From the sequence record MN342150: a stretch of 64,000 nt of DNA; one strand, written 5' to 3'. The notes beneath the pieces are model-generated. The model worked only from the letters and a program-made list of their open reading frames with translations. It searched no databases and was not told where the DNA came from. Each line of letters starts with the position of its first letter. The stretch's first letter is position 1. This DNA comes from Escherichia phage vB_EcoM_3HA11. The translations under genes and the position numbers were made by a program. Below are positions 46,216-55,917 of the stretch, piece by piece.

Positions 46216-46566
46216 TTATTCAGTACAAGCTCGACCAAGTTCAGTCAGGCGGTAGAATGTTACTTCTGATTTCGGCCAATGCTTATACTCTTCAGAGTCA
46301 TCATGAACCATTGTAAACGCAGGTTCGATCAGACCTTTAGATAATAATGATTGCCCTGAACGTGTATCCCACGGATCACCTTTTACAGAACGAAACCCAC
46401 CAGCAATCGGAGGGGTATGGAATGTCCATACTGTCTTGCCCTTTTCATTCGTCCAAGACTTCGGATTGAAATACCAATGACAAAGGCGTCTGGCTTCACC
46501 CTTTTCAAAATTTAACATTCCTAAAAGGACGCAGAGTTGATGTCCTGTGATTCTTGGCTTTTTCAT
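46216..46566 (-). CDS. hypothetical protein
   Basis: ORF. Confidence 0.4.
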   Translation of the reverse strand: MKKPRITGHQLCVLLGMLNFEKGEARRLCHWYFNPKSWTNEKGKTVWTFHTPPIAGGFRSVKGDPWDTRSGQSLLSKGLIEPAFTMVHDDSEEYKHWPKSEVTFYRLTELGRACTE

Positions 46567-46895
46567 AAGATCCCCAAGTCAGTAAGGTAACGATAAGACA
46601 GGACTACAGATAGAAATCCAATTAACGCCCAAGACGACAGAATAGGCTTGCAATTTAGCGTAGTCTTTCCATTGGGTATGTTGGGACTTCCAGTAATAAC
46701 AACCGAATCCGTTTCAGCTCTCAGTGTCATGACAGAACCCATGAGAATGATTGGGCGCACATAATATCCTTCATTATTGCGCTTTACGATACATGGTGAA
46801 GAAAATCGCAGGAACGGATCACCGCTTTTATAACCGAATAACTCGACCTTTTCTATTTCTTCGGGTACTTTCTGACCAGGAAAGAATATTTTCAT
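46563..46895 (-). CDS. hypothetical protein
   Basis: ORF, ATGA overlaps with neighbours. Confidence 0.4.
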   Translation of the reverse strand: MKIFFPGQKVPEEIEKVELFGYKSGDPFLRFSSPCIVKRNNEGYYVRPIILMGSVMTLRAETDSVVITGSPNIPNGKTTLNCKPILSSWALIGFLSVVLSYRYLTDLGIL

Positions 46896-47470
46896 AATGC
46901 AATTCCTAAATTTGTGTATAACAACTCAGCCAGGGTGACAGGACGCTTGAATTGTTCCCAACTGCAGTTCAGGTATTCGCGCTCTTCGCGAATATTTTCG
47001 TGAAGATGGCCATGGATATTATACGCCCAACGGTCTAATTGATAAGGAACATGTGTTGTCAACACACGGCCAACAGGCGTGTCACGTTCGTACATAGCGC
47101 CGAAGGAGCTAATCCAGCCGTCCATATACAAAGACAACAGCATCTTAAAGCTGTCGTGGTTGCCCTGTGCCACCCTGATGATAAAGTTCGGACGCCAGTC
47201 ATCGGGGACGGGGCGTCGCTTAAACTCATCAATGTTTCGCTTGGCACCCTCCCGCATCAGGCGAATGAACCCTTCAGCCCCGATGAAGCATATATCACCA
47301 GCCAGTTCAAGGACGTCCCGAGACTTCAGCCCCTGGAAGATCGTGTCGATAACCGCAGCGTCATGCGCTTCCTGTGTATCAAATCCACGCGGTTTAAAGA
47401 CCTTCTTATGCCCAAGGTGAGTGTCACCAAGGTACTTTACGATTCCCGCCATTATGGTTTCCTCAGCCAT
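46892..47470 (-). CDS. calcineurin-like metallophosphoesterase
   Basis: Motifs GDTHLG, GNHD and GHLH. Confidence 0.6.
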   Translation of the reverse strand: MAEETIMAGIVKYLGDTHLGHKKVFKPRGFDTQEAHDAAVIDTIFQGLKSRDVLELAGDICFIGAEGFIRLMREGAKRNIDEFKRRPVPDDWRPNFIIRVAQGNHDSFKMLLSLYMDGWISSFGAMYERDTPVGRVLTTHVPYQLDRWAYNIHGHLHENIREEREYLNCSWEQFKRPVTLAELLYTNLGIAL

Positions 47471-47793
47471 TCTAAAATTGGTACGTTCACAAACCCTTTG
47501 TGCCAGCGGTGTGGGTTGTGGCCTCTGTTATGATCTAGTAAGCACGTATCGGGAGGAACACTGAAGTGAATGCCTTCGATGTCATAATAATTCCCATCAA
47601 TCAGGGTGTATACATGACCTTCAATCTGGCTATAATGGATCTCTGCTTGGGGATACACATGCTTCAGAACCAGAGCAACCTGATAGCACTTTCCGTTCTT
47701 CCCGATATACTCGACATCGACCTGTTGTGGGAACACGTCTTTGATAAGATTTATCAATCTCGTGATATCATTTACAACAACCGAACGTTTCAT
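47452..47793 (-). CDS. hypothetical protein
   Basis: ORF. Confidence 0.4.
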   Translation of the reverse strand: MKRSVVVNDITRLINLIKDVFPQQVDVEYIGKNGKCYQVALVLKHVYPQAEIHYSQIEGHVYTLIDGNYYDIEGIHFSVPPDTCLLDHNRGHNPHRWHKGFVNVPILEWLRKP

Positions 47794-47795
47794 CT

Positions 47796-48458
47796 CTATG
47801 ATAACTCATGGCGGTGTCGAACACACGCAGGGCAATTACAATTCTTTTTCAAAATTGGCATTTCACACCATGTCATTAAGTCATGTATTGGGGACATGTG
47901 ATGATAGAACCAAGATTTCTTGAGACTAATCAATGGATATAAAATTTCAATAGGTCTTTCCCCGTCTCTGGTCATCATGTTGTACCCTTCAATGACTTTA
48001 TTAAAAGCGGGTATCCAGTGTATTGCGTCATCGCCGTTAACATATGCCAATATATACGTGGACGGCAAGCCCCTGCCTTTAAATTGCGTGTTTAATAACC
48101 ATATCGGGGCTTGTGCTAAACAAGCGCGAAAACCACCGTCAGGGACGTTGATGCCACTGATAGGTTCTTGATGATGTGTCCAACGATACATAAGAAGTGG
48201 GGCATTTTTATTAATCCAGTTGTGAATTTTATTCCTCGCCCAATTTTCGCGTTTAGATTTGCATTTATTATTTTCGAGGTGGCAATACACAGTATGAACT
48301 GAATATCCTTTCGATAACAACCAAATCAACATGTATGTGCTATCCACCCCACCAGACCAGAACAACGTCACTTCTTGATTATTCTCCGGCAATGGAGCAT
48401 CCCCTTGAAGAACACGGTATACAAAATCACAATCAGATATTGAGACAACAATTTCCAT
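47796..48458 (-). CDS. queC: QueC-like PP-loop ATPase (7-cyano-7-deazaguanine synthase family, putative)
   Basis: PP-loop SGGVDST near the N-terminus and a C-terminal Cys cluster C-x8-C-N-C-P-A-C as in QueC zinc sites; 220 aa. Confidence 0.55.
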   Translation of the reverse strand: MEIVVSISDCDFVYRVLQGDAPLPENNQEVTLFWSGGVDSTYMLIWLLSKGYSVHTVYCHLENNKCKSKRENWARNKIHNWINKNAPLLMYRWTHHQEPISGINVPDGGFRACLAQAPIWLLNTQFKGRGLPSTYILAYVNGDDAIHWIPAFNKVIEGYNMMTRDGERPIEILYPLISLKKSWFYHHMSPIHDLMTWCEMPILKKNCNCPACVRHRHELS

Positions 48459-48534
48459 TAAAATATTCCTCTTAAAGAATCATTTGTTGTGCGCCATAAA
48501 GATATGATGGTGCAATGATAATACATTATACAAA

Positions 48535-48560
48535 TAGAAAAGCCCCTTTCGGGGCTTATT
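48535..48560 (-). terminator. rho-independent terminator on minus strand (AGCCCCGAAAGGGGCT plus T run)
   Basis: Hairpin just downstream of the 48556..48846 gene. Confidence 0.5.
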
Positions 48561-48846
48561 TGTCTTCAGATTCATACAAACGCCAATTGCCGATGCTAAA
48601 CCATTCCCCTACATTATTTGAATATCTGGTTGTTCGGACTCCTCCGACTTCATACGCCCATTTGAAGAATTTCCATTTGGACGATAAAGAAGGACATTCG
48701 CTTCCGGATTTCAGAGAACACGCTGTGAGCCAACGCGTAATACTGAGAGCCTGAAAAATCGGATGGATAAATGAAGAATACAATATCCAAAGCGTTATGA
48801 CAACAAAAATAATGGTCGTGATCACCCCGACAATTTGAAAGAACAT
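48556..48846 (-). CDS. small membrane protein (N-terminal TM helix)
   Basis: SD GGAGG before ATG; hydrophobic IVGVITTIIFVVITLWILY. Confidence 0.4.
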   Translation of the reverse strand: MFFQIVGVITTIIFVVITLWILYSSFIHPIFQALSITRWLTACSLKSGSECPSLSSKWKFFKWAYEVGGVRTTRYSNNVGEWFSIGNWRLYESEDK

Positions 48847-48922
48847 TTAAGAACCTCCAAAATATTGAACACTGACTATGAAGAAAACCATGATTGTAAA
48901 CAACCATGAAACAAGGAAAGAT

Positions 48923-49555
48923 TCATCCTTCCACCTTCAGTCCCATCAGGTCTTCCATGGTTTTCTGAATGCGTAACCAATCAAGCGCCGCATCATAACG
49001 AGGATCATGATAGACCATACCTTCCAGTTCCCACGCCTTGATACCAGCATATCGATCTTGCTGCCCAACACCCTTCAGCCAGCTTACGATGTCAAATGTG
49101 TGGTGATAGTCCCAAGGTTCGTTGGAATCTTGCTTACACGTCACCTCAATGATGTGCTGAGCCTTGCGTAGGTCAAACAGATTCCTATCACACCAGTCAA
49201 CCGAGCGTGGGTCGATCCCAAGGCGATGGCACCCCTTGCGAATTTCATCGGCCAATTCGAAAATAGAAATATCCTTGTCGGTCGGATATAGACTGATAGC
49301 TCGGGCGGCGTCGCACGGGTTGCGTTTACCTGTACCCAGCCACCATTCCACAGTACCCTGGTCTTTCACACGGCCAAGTTCAATCTGTTCTTTGACATTC
49401 AGTTTGATAAATGTCGTGCGCTCTTCAACAAGCTGCTGAAGAGTATAACGCTTTGTCAGGTCGGCGATAGTCTGTGCCCAAGACAACATGACAGCATCAT
49501 CCCAACGACCGAGAGTTTCGCTATCAGCGACGGCCAAGAAATTAGATTTATACAT
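48923..49555 (-). CDS. dexA: DnaQ-like 3'-5' exonuclease (T4 DexA-like)
   Basis: Exo I motif VADSETLG (compare T4 DexA IDFETMG) and a C-terminal H..D motif. Confidence 0.55.
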   Translation of the reverse strand: MYKSNFLAVADSETLGRWDDAVMLSWAQTIADLTKRYTLQQLVEERTTFIKLNVKEQIELGRVKDQGTVEWWLGTGKRNPCDAARAISLYPTDKDISIFELADEIRKGCHRLGIDPRSVDWCDRNLFDLRKAQHIIEVTCKQDSNEPWDYHHTFDIVSWLKGVGQQDRYAGIKAWELEGMVYHDPRYDAALDWLRIQKTMEDLMGLKVEG

Positions 49556-49892
49556 CAGTTTCCCCTGCTTTCTCTAAAAGGAGTTTCAAAGGATATGTCC
49601 CACAAGCGGTGGCATACTCGACTTTGAAATATGAATTATCGTTCATGGCGAAATTTCGATGTGGGAAATATTCCCCGTCATCCAACCCGCCTAATCCCCC
49701 GCCGACGCGATATTGTTTCAACTCAACTTCGCCGCCATAACGGAGTTGGGCATATAGGCCGATAGGAGCGCGAACGTAATTCTCCAGCCATACCCAATTT
49801 CCATCGTGTAAACGTGTAGGGATAAATGCAAAACGCACCTTGGGATGAAGAACGGCTTTGGCGAGCATCTCTTCTGTTATTTCACGTTTCAT
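49548..49892 (-). CDS. hypothetical protein
   Basis: ORF. Confidence 0.4.
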   Translation of the reverse strand: MKREITEEMLAKAVLHPKVRFAFIPTRLHDGNWVWLENYVRAPIGLYAQLRYGGEVELKQYRVGGGLGGLDDGEYFPHRNFAMNDNSYFKVEYATACGTYPLKLLLEKAGETDV

Positions 49893-50509
49893 CCAATACC
49901 TTCCTCTTCGATAATATCTTCTTCACTAGCGACGACAGAGATTCCGTAGTCTACCATCTGGGAAAGTTCTTGTAAATCTTGTTCAAACCCGTCACCCTGT
50001 CGGATATAAAAGACGGGTACGACACGACGCCTGGTATCTTCGAAGATAGTCTCCGCGATTTTATTAATCTGGCTCACTACATGAAACAGTTTCAAACCAC
50101 CGATACCACAGCCGATGGCGGGTAAACCGACATAGACTGTTTCGTCGGTTTTTGCCTCAATGATATCGTGAACTTGTTCAAACATAATCTGAACTGAACT
50201 GATAATGGAAGGCATGCGTGCGTTAGGACCAGGATAGAACTGAGTGTACAAATTGAATCCCCAGACACCCGTGTCATGATCAAACGCATAGGACATGTTC
50301 CCCAAACGTTGTTCCGGACCACGTTCATCTAATTGGTCGGCTCGGTAAATTTCTGGGAAATCCAATCGAACATGGTTGGCGATACCTGCGCCCATCACAG
50401 ACCAACAATTTGCGCCATGAGCAAAGGCATTGATGAGATTGAAACTCGTGGCAGCTTTCAGTAAATCGCCGTTTGTGATAACATATGTGGTCATGCGTAA
50501 CGTCTCCAT
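49889..50509 (-). CDS. macro-domain protein (putative ADP-ribose binding/hydrolase)
   Basis: NAFAHGAN...MGAGIA and LPAIGCGIGG resemble the macro-domain NAAN...GGGV and PAI(S/G)TG signatures. Confidence 0.5.
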   Translation of the reverse strand: METLRMTTYVITNGDLLKAATSFNLINAFAHGANCWSVMGAGIANHVRLDFPEIYRADQLDERGPEQRLGNMSYAFDHDTGVWGFNLYTQFYPGPNARMPSIISSVQIMFEQVHDIIEAKTDETVYVGLPAIGCGIGGLKLFHVVSQINKIAETIFEDTRRRVVPVFYIRQGDGFEQDLQELSQMVDYGISVVASEEDIIEEEGIG

Positions 50510-50727
50510 TGTATAATTTCGTTGTTGACACAGCTAACCTGGATGATACACATATTCTGGCGATGGTCAGTGAGTGTCATAATAAAACTGTCTGGTTGTG
50601 ACATGACACGATTAACAGATATCCCGCGCGACATCAAACGAACACAGATTTCTTGATACAAACGTTGCATGTATCCTGAAACAGAAGCCGATTCATACAC
50701 ACGTTCAAATTCATATAAGTCGTTCAT
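50491..50727 (-). CDS. hypothetical small protein
   Basis: ORF. Confidence 0.35.
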   Translation of the reverse strand: MNDLYEFERVYESASVSGYMQRLYQEICVRLMSRGISVNRVMSQPDSFIMTLTDHRQNMCIIQVSCVNNEIIQWRRYA

Positions 50728-50948
50728 TTGTTCAGACCATTAATAGCATTTTCAGAGATGTATTCGACAAATTGATTGTCAGCCGCCATTTTTAAAAGTT
50801 CAAATAATTCCGTTCCGACGGTACTCCCGAACATTCCTTCCAATACGCCTTGGACATCTTCATCTATTTCTTCGATGATGAGTCCATAAGATTTCAGGCG
50901 GCGCGAAATAGCACGGAACTGGGCGATATCACCAATTTCATTTGCCAT
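50724..50948 (-). CDS. hypothetical small acidic protein
   Basis: ORF. Confidence 0.4.
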   Translation of the reverse strand: MANEIGDIAQFRAISRRLKSYGLIIEEIDEDVQGVLEGMFGSTVGTELFELLKMAADNQFVEYISENAINGLNK

Positions 50949-50996
50949 GTTATTGTCTCATTATGGGATTAGGCGGCAATTATACCGCCAATTTAT

Positions 50997-51410
50997 TCAA
51001 TAGAGGTCTTCGGAAAAGAGTTCACGGAAAGGAGTGTTCTTCAAACGAACTTGATTAGTTTGTCCGGCTTCACGGGCGACCACAGCGGCCTCTTCACGGG
51101 ACATCCATTGCCCATAGTTATCAATAAAACCTTGTTCACGAGTGTGAGTGGTTTCGATAATACCTGCTTCTTTCAATCGTTTGAGTTGCGCGTTCATCAA
51201 TTTGTCGTGATGTCGAGCGCTTACAACGATCACATCACCATATTTGTTGGCAGCAGCCACAACACGCCGATCAAACTTGGTTGGGTCAGGTATATCACGA
51301 GCATACAAGGCGATGTGAGTGTCGTCCACGTCCCCTTTCACTTCAGAGTATAACTGACACCCATTAGGAGATCCAGTAGGTAAAGAACGAAAATATCCAA
51401 GTAATTTCAT
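50997..51410 (-). CDS. hypothetical protein
   Basis: ORF. Confidence 0.4.
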   Translation of the reverse strand: MKLLGYFRSLPTGSPNGCQLYSEVKGDVDDTHIALYARDIPDPTKFDRRVVAAANKYGDVIVVSARHHDKLMNAQLKRLKEAGIIETTHTREQGFIDNYGQWMSREEAAVVAREAGQTNQVRLKNTPFRELFSEDLY

Positions 51411-51413
51411 AAT

Positions 51414-51725
51414 CTAATCTATCCATATTTCAGGTTCAGGAATATCGACCATCTCCACGGTTTGATTCTTTAATTCGTGGAAACAATCTCCAAGGAATTG
51501 TAATTTACCATCTGTCAAAAATAAATGGCAACGGCTATTTGGATCAGAATGATTCACCAACAGACTAGGAGTGAAAGTCGGTGATTCGAGATCGTGATTC
51601 CATTGCCATATTGGGCCAGGCATTTGCCCTGAAATGCGATAAGGATGAAGCATATTACAACCAGGACAATGAAAATATATGGAACCACCCATTGACAATA
51701 ATTTTGAAGTCAGCAACTTTGACAT
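51414..51725 (-). CDS. hypothetical Cys/His-containing protein
   Basis: ATG at 51725 with SD GGAGG; CPGC...H motif. Confidence 0.4.
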   Translation of the reverse strand: MSKLLTSKLLSMGGSIYFHCPGCNMLHPYRISGQMPGPIWQWNHDLESPTFTPSLLVNHSDPNSRCHLFLTDGKLQFLGDCFHELKNQTVEMVDIPEPEIWID

Positions 51726-51726
51726 A

Positions 51727-52005
51727 TTACGCCTCCACTTCTTCATCAGGAAAATAAGGGCGTAAATCCCCAATTAATTTAGGGAAGAGGGCAAACCCGA
51801 ACAGATTAAAAGAACGCATGGTCCCAACCATACCAACATCATCCAATTCGGTAACGTCAGAAAGGGCACACAACGGTATCCACACGTCTTCTTGTCCTTC
51901 GTAATTTACGAAGGCAACTTCCTCTTTGATGAATCGAGGACACAGAATATCAAACAGCCAATAGACGTATGCCAGCAATGAGAGACTGCGGAAATATACA
52001 AACAT
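51727..52005 (-). CDS. hypothetical protein
   Basis: ATG at 52005 with SD GAGGGG, downstream of a hairpin that follows gp52. Confidence 0.35.
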   Translation of the reverse strand: MFVYFRSLSLLAYVYWLFDILCPRFIKEEVAFVNYEGQEDVWIPLCALSDVTELDDVGMVGTMRSFNLFGFALFPKLIGDLRPYFPDEEVEA

Positions 52006-52047
52006 GGTGAACCCCTCACAGGTTTGGAGGGAATTCACCCTCCAGAT

Positions 52048-53379
52048 TTATAGGCTTAATACCTTTTCAAGATCATCTAAATCATCATTGTAGAGATCAA
52101 TGTCTTGTTTGTTATTTAATTCTTCTCTTTGTTCTTCCAGATTCTTTATCTGATTCAACAATCGTTCACGTGCGTCTAACGTGATTGATGATAAAGACAT
52201 CTTGAATAATTCATCAAGATCACCATCAAAATCCGGATAATCCGTTTGAAACAACGCTTTCAGTTCTGTAATGCTGCGACGCATATCCGTAACCACAGCC
52301 CAACTGATGAATAATGCACGGTTGTTCAGGCGATGAATTTTATCAGTCATCTCCTTTAACAGGTATTGACGACGGTCTTCATAACGGATCAAACGATAGT
52401 TGAAGAAGGAAAGCAGCATCTCCTTCCACCCAGAATAACGTCGGATGACACCATCTTCATCCCATGCCGTCCAGACGGGTTTGTTCGCAGAGTACAGTTT
52501 GAACATCTGCTCGATTTGTGCATCATCCAGCTTAGACAATTCACCACGTTTGAACACGACAGTAATGTCCCAGCCGTCTTCGGTCGTGTCATTGGCGTAT
52601 TCAGTGAGCAAACCCGCCTTATACAACGGCAACAGAACTTTGGTCTCATACGATTTAGCGAACCAACCAATTGGGACCTCGGTGATGTGAAGGGTTGTAG
52701 CATTGATGCGTTTGAAGATGCCGCGACTGTATGCTCTTCCTTCCTCAGTATAGCCTGTCTCTCCTTTATATCCATTCCAGTACGGTTTTAAGTCCGTAGG
52801 GTCTTCGCCACGGAGAAGTGCTCTCAGAGCGCCGAGGACTGATTTAACGCAATGGCATGGGGTGTCCGTTGAGTACCCAGATCCGATACCATTAATTCCG
52901 TTCACCAAGAACATGGGAATAACAGGCAAAAAGAACTTTGGTTCCAATTGTTCTTCACCCAAGTAGTTGTAATCCAAAATCCCCTCATCTTCCTTACGGA
53001 ATATTTTACGGATAACATCGGATACAGAAACAGAGATGTAACGAGCAGACGATGCATCACGTCCCATGATAGAACCAAATTGACCATCACGGTCAAAGTA
53101 TGGAATATTGTTCGTACCAGGAAACGCCTGAGCCATGTTCACAATCGTATTGCCCATGTTCTCACCACCGGACTTGTAGTTGGTACGAGCGGCGGCGAAC
53201 ATACCCAGACGATCAACAATCTCTTCCTTGCCATATTCTAATGCAGTGAAAAGAATTTTGCGCTGACTTGGTTTCAAACTGTCAATCAACTGAGGTATTT
53301 GACGGATGCTGTTGAACACAGAAAATGCCTTGTGATCATTATTGACATAATCCGTGACATTGATACTTTGAGCGACCAT
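52048..53379 (-). CDS. 52: DNA topoisomerase II medium subunit (GyrA-like, T4 gp52)
   Basis: Blocks IDSLKPSQR, IPYFDRDGQFGS and HITEVP match T4 gp52; ATG at 53379 (SD GAGGGAG) one base after the gp39 stop. Confidence 0.88.
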   Translation of the reverse strand: MVAQSINVTDYVNNDHKAFSVFNSIRQIPQLIDSLKPSQRKILFTALEYGKEEIVDRLGMFAAARTNYKSGGENMGNTIVNMAQAFPGTNNIPYFDRDGQFGSIMGRDASSARYISVSVSDVIRKIFRKEDEGILDYNYLGEEQLEPKFFLPVIPMFLVNGINGIGSGYSTDTPCHCVKSVLGALRALLRGEDPTDLKPYWNGYKGETGYTEEGRAYSRGIFKRINATTLHITEVPIGWFAKSYETKVLLPLYKAGLLTEYANDTTEDGWDITVVFKRGELSKLDDAQIEQMFKLYSANKPVWTAWDEDGVIRRYSGWKEMLLSFFNYRLIRYEDRRQYLLKEMTDKIHRLNNRALFISWAVVTDMRRSITELKALFQTDYPDFDGDLDELFKMSLSSITLDARERLLNQIKNLEEQREELNNKQDIDLYNDDLDDLEKVLSL

Positions 53380-53380
53380 C

Positions 53381-55291
53381 TTATTCTCCCTCTGTTTCAA
53401 ACAAACAAACATCACTAAACCAGGTTTTGCGGTAATCGGAGGCCTCATCACCGAAGCCGTTCTTCAGTGATTCTTTGTAGTTGTCATCCAACGTGACCGT
53501 CGTAGTATACGCATCCAGATTGTTTAGAATACGTTTGAAGTCTTCAGTGCTGTTACCACCAAGACCTTTCAGATATTTCTTCTTCGTAATCTTCTTGGCG
53601 TCAGGGGTTTTTAAAAATTCTTCATATTCCGTATTGCTCATAAACTCATACATCGTTTTACCACACCAAATACGCATGTATGGTGTGCGCAGGAGTTTCA
53701 GCCTACCCTGACGGACGTACTCCGGCCAATATGTGCAATACAGGGTAATCAACAAACCACGGATGTGAATGCCATCATCGTCCGCATCGGTGGCTACAAC
53801 AGTCTGTGGATAGCGGGTGATATCAATCGGCTGACCTGGGACTGCGCCTCCATGAATCGTGCAAAGATTCTTGAACTCCTCATTATTCATTACCTTTGAT
53901 CGCGGATTGTTTAAACAATTGATGAATTTACCACGCAAAGGGAATAATCCGATCTTTTTAGTATCACGGGCGTTCAGGATAGGATTGGACGCGCTGTCAC
54001 CTTCAGTCAATAACAGAGAGCACCCACTGCGATCACCACGGGCGGTCGCCGGATAATACTTCTCTATCTCACGATAATCCCGTTTGCTAATATCCTTCTT
54101 GGCCTTTTCAAATTCAGCATCATCTTGGTCGTTACGCAAGGCGGCCAATTCTTTGCTCAGGCCAGCTGTGACAAACTCCAGAGCCTTCCGGATTAGTTTA
54201 TCGCTGGGTTTATAGGTCGTACCAAACTGACTAACAGGAGTCGTCATGCGCTCCTTGGTTTGGCTATCAAAGCGTGGATTGTTGATATCCGCCGAGATGA
54301 AAAGCATCATATGGTTTTTAATCATAGAAGGCTTCAGATCAGTCTTAAACTTTTTCACCAATTGTGGGCGAATCGCATTCACGATCTGGTCAGCAACGTA
54401 ATCCACATGAGGACCACCGATATGGGTGGCAATGCTGTTCACATATGATGCATGAATAAACGCCCCCTGCGAAGGAGCAACAGCGACAGACCACTCCTCT
54501 GTTTCATCAACAGAAGAACCTTGGCAAAAGTAATCCACAAAATGGCCAAAGCGGTCGATACGGATTTGTTTCCCGTTCAGAATGACTTTCAGGCGCGGGT
54601 TACAAGCAGCCACTTCAAATGCTCGGCGATAGATCATCAACAAGTTATTTTGATCAAGACCTTTGACACCCAGACGCGCATAATCAGGTATCCATGCGAT
54701 AGACGTCCCAGGGGCATTCAAATTACTGATCACCGGATTAGAACGTTTGCTCAAATTGTCTTCAAATGTTTGAGTGTAAGACTTCTTCCCGTCATTTGTC
54801 GTGACACGGAACCATTTTGAAAATACGTTGACCAGTGAAGCCCCTTCACCGTTCTGACCACCTGATTTTTTGTTATTGTATTCTTCATCGTCGTCGTTGA
54901 AGTTGCTACCCGCATAGAGGGAGCCAAATAACATTTCAGGGAGCCATTCTTTGGTCTCCCCGTGTTTAACAACCGGAATACCCCCATTGTCAGCCACGAT
55001 GATCTGACCATTCATAGGAGAAACGGTAATGGTGATTTCTGTGAGGCTTTTACCTTCTGGCGTTTTGCTATGATCTACAGAGTTGGTGATAATTTCATCA
55101 AACTGTTTAATCAATGCAGGAGAATATTCAAAATTATCCTTGAATATAACTTGATCTTTTATTGGATCATATATCCAAGTTGTTCCAACGGATGAACGGA
55201 TACTGCCCAGATGACGCTCTGGGCGAAGAAGGATATGCTCTATGTGAGTGAGCTTTTTGTATTTTCGTTCAATATCAATCATATTAGACAT
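53381..55291 (-). CDS. 39: DNA topoisomerase II large subunit (GyrB-like ATPase plus Toprim, T4 gp39 with gp60 portion fused)
   Basis: GHKL block LIKQFDEIITNSVD, RFDSQTKERMTTP and Toprim LLLTEGDSA match T4 gp39; 636 aa. Confidence 0.9.
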   Translation of the reverse strand: MSNMIDIERKYKKLTHIEHILLRPERHLGSIRSSVGTTWIYDPIKDQVIFKDNFEYSPALIKQFDEIITNSVDHSKTPEGKSLTEITITVSPMNGQIIVADNGGIPVVKHGETKEWLPEMLFGSLYAGSNFNDDDEEYNNKKSGGQNGEGASLVNVFSKWFRVTTNDGKKSYTQTFEDNLSKRSNPVISNLNAPGTSIAWIPDYARLGVKGLDQNNLLMIYRRAFEVAACNPRLKVILNGKQIRIDRFGHFVDYFCQGSSVDETEEWSVAVAPSQGAFIHASYVNSIATHIGGPHVDYVADQIVNAIRPQLVKKFKTDLKPSMIKNHMMLFISADINNPRFDSQTKERMTTPVSQFGTTYKPSDKLIRKALEFVTAGLSKELAALRNDQDDAEFEKAKKDISKRDYREIEKYYPATARGDRSGCSLLLTEGDSASNPILNARDTKKIGLFPLRGKFINCLNNPRSKVMNNEEFKNLCTIHGGAVPGQPIDITRYPQTVVATDADDDGIHIRGLLITLYCTYWPEYVRQGRLKLLRTPYMRIWCGKTMYEFMSNTEYEEFLKTPDAKKITKKKYLKGLGGNSTEDFKRILNNLDAYTTTVTLDDNYKESLKNGFGDEASDYRKTWFSDVCLFETEGE

Positions 55292-55338
55292 CGGCCTATC
55301 CCGTCAATGGTAAACACAAGATTATGTATGGGGTCGGC

Positions 55339-55917
55339 TTATAGACCAAATTTACCGCGCCATTTCTGTACTTTGTGTTCAATGGCATGCTCAACTTTGA
55401 CTATGGTGCTTTTTAGATTATGGTTGTGATCACAAGCCAGTTTGGCAGTGTGTCGGATGACACCATTTACCAAATCGGCCAGATTATCATCTGTTCTTTG
55501 TGGTTGGTTGAGTAATCTGGTAATGCGACCTTTGTAGTGGTTGATCATCGCTAGTTGCTCGTCCAAACTATCAACCCCACCACAGAACCAATAATCTTCT
55601 AAGGTGTGTTGTGTGAGGTCACTTGTACAGTTGGCCCGAGACAGAGAGAACACGATCGAATCAAATATCTCGTCTTTGTTCATAGAGCCGTATTGTTGAA
55701 TATGCTGATATTCACAAACATACAACAAGTCCAGTGCTGAAATAATAACGTCTGCCACTTCACCATTCAGAGGTTCTGAAGCAGAAATCTCATATAACAC
55801 GTCAGACAATTCGCAAGTTTCTTCAACAAGTTTACAGAACACAAATACAGATGGGCGATTCGGTTCTTTCTGGCTGAGTTCATAAGATGTTTCTAAGATG
55901 CGACGAATAAATTTCAT
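55339..55917 (-). CDS. MazG-like all-alpha nucleotide pyrophosphohydrolase (putative)
   Basis: Acidic helix motifs LVEETCELSDV ... EVADVIISALDL. Confidence 0.5.
   Translation of the reverse strand: MKFIRRILETSYELSQKEPNRPSVFVFCKLVEETCELSDVLYEISASEPLNGEVADVIISALDLLYVCEYQHIQQYGSMNKDEIFDSIVFSLSRANCTSDLTQHTLEDYWFCGGVDSLDEQLAMINHYKGRITRLLNQPQRTDDNLADLVNGVIRHTAKLACDHNHNLKSTIVKVEHAIEHKVQKWRGKFGL

Noticed and set aside
48650-48907. 85-aa minus-strand ORF overlapping the membrane-protein gene 48556..48846
   Set aside because: Alternative frame of the same region; the 48556..48846 frame has the GGAGG ribosome-binding site and a TM helix, so this one is probably spurious
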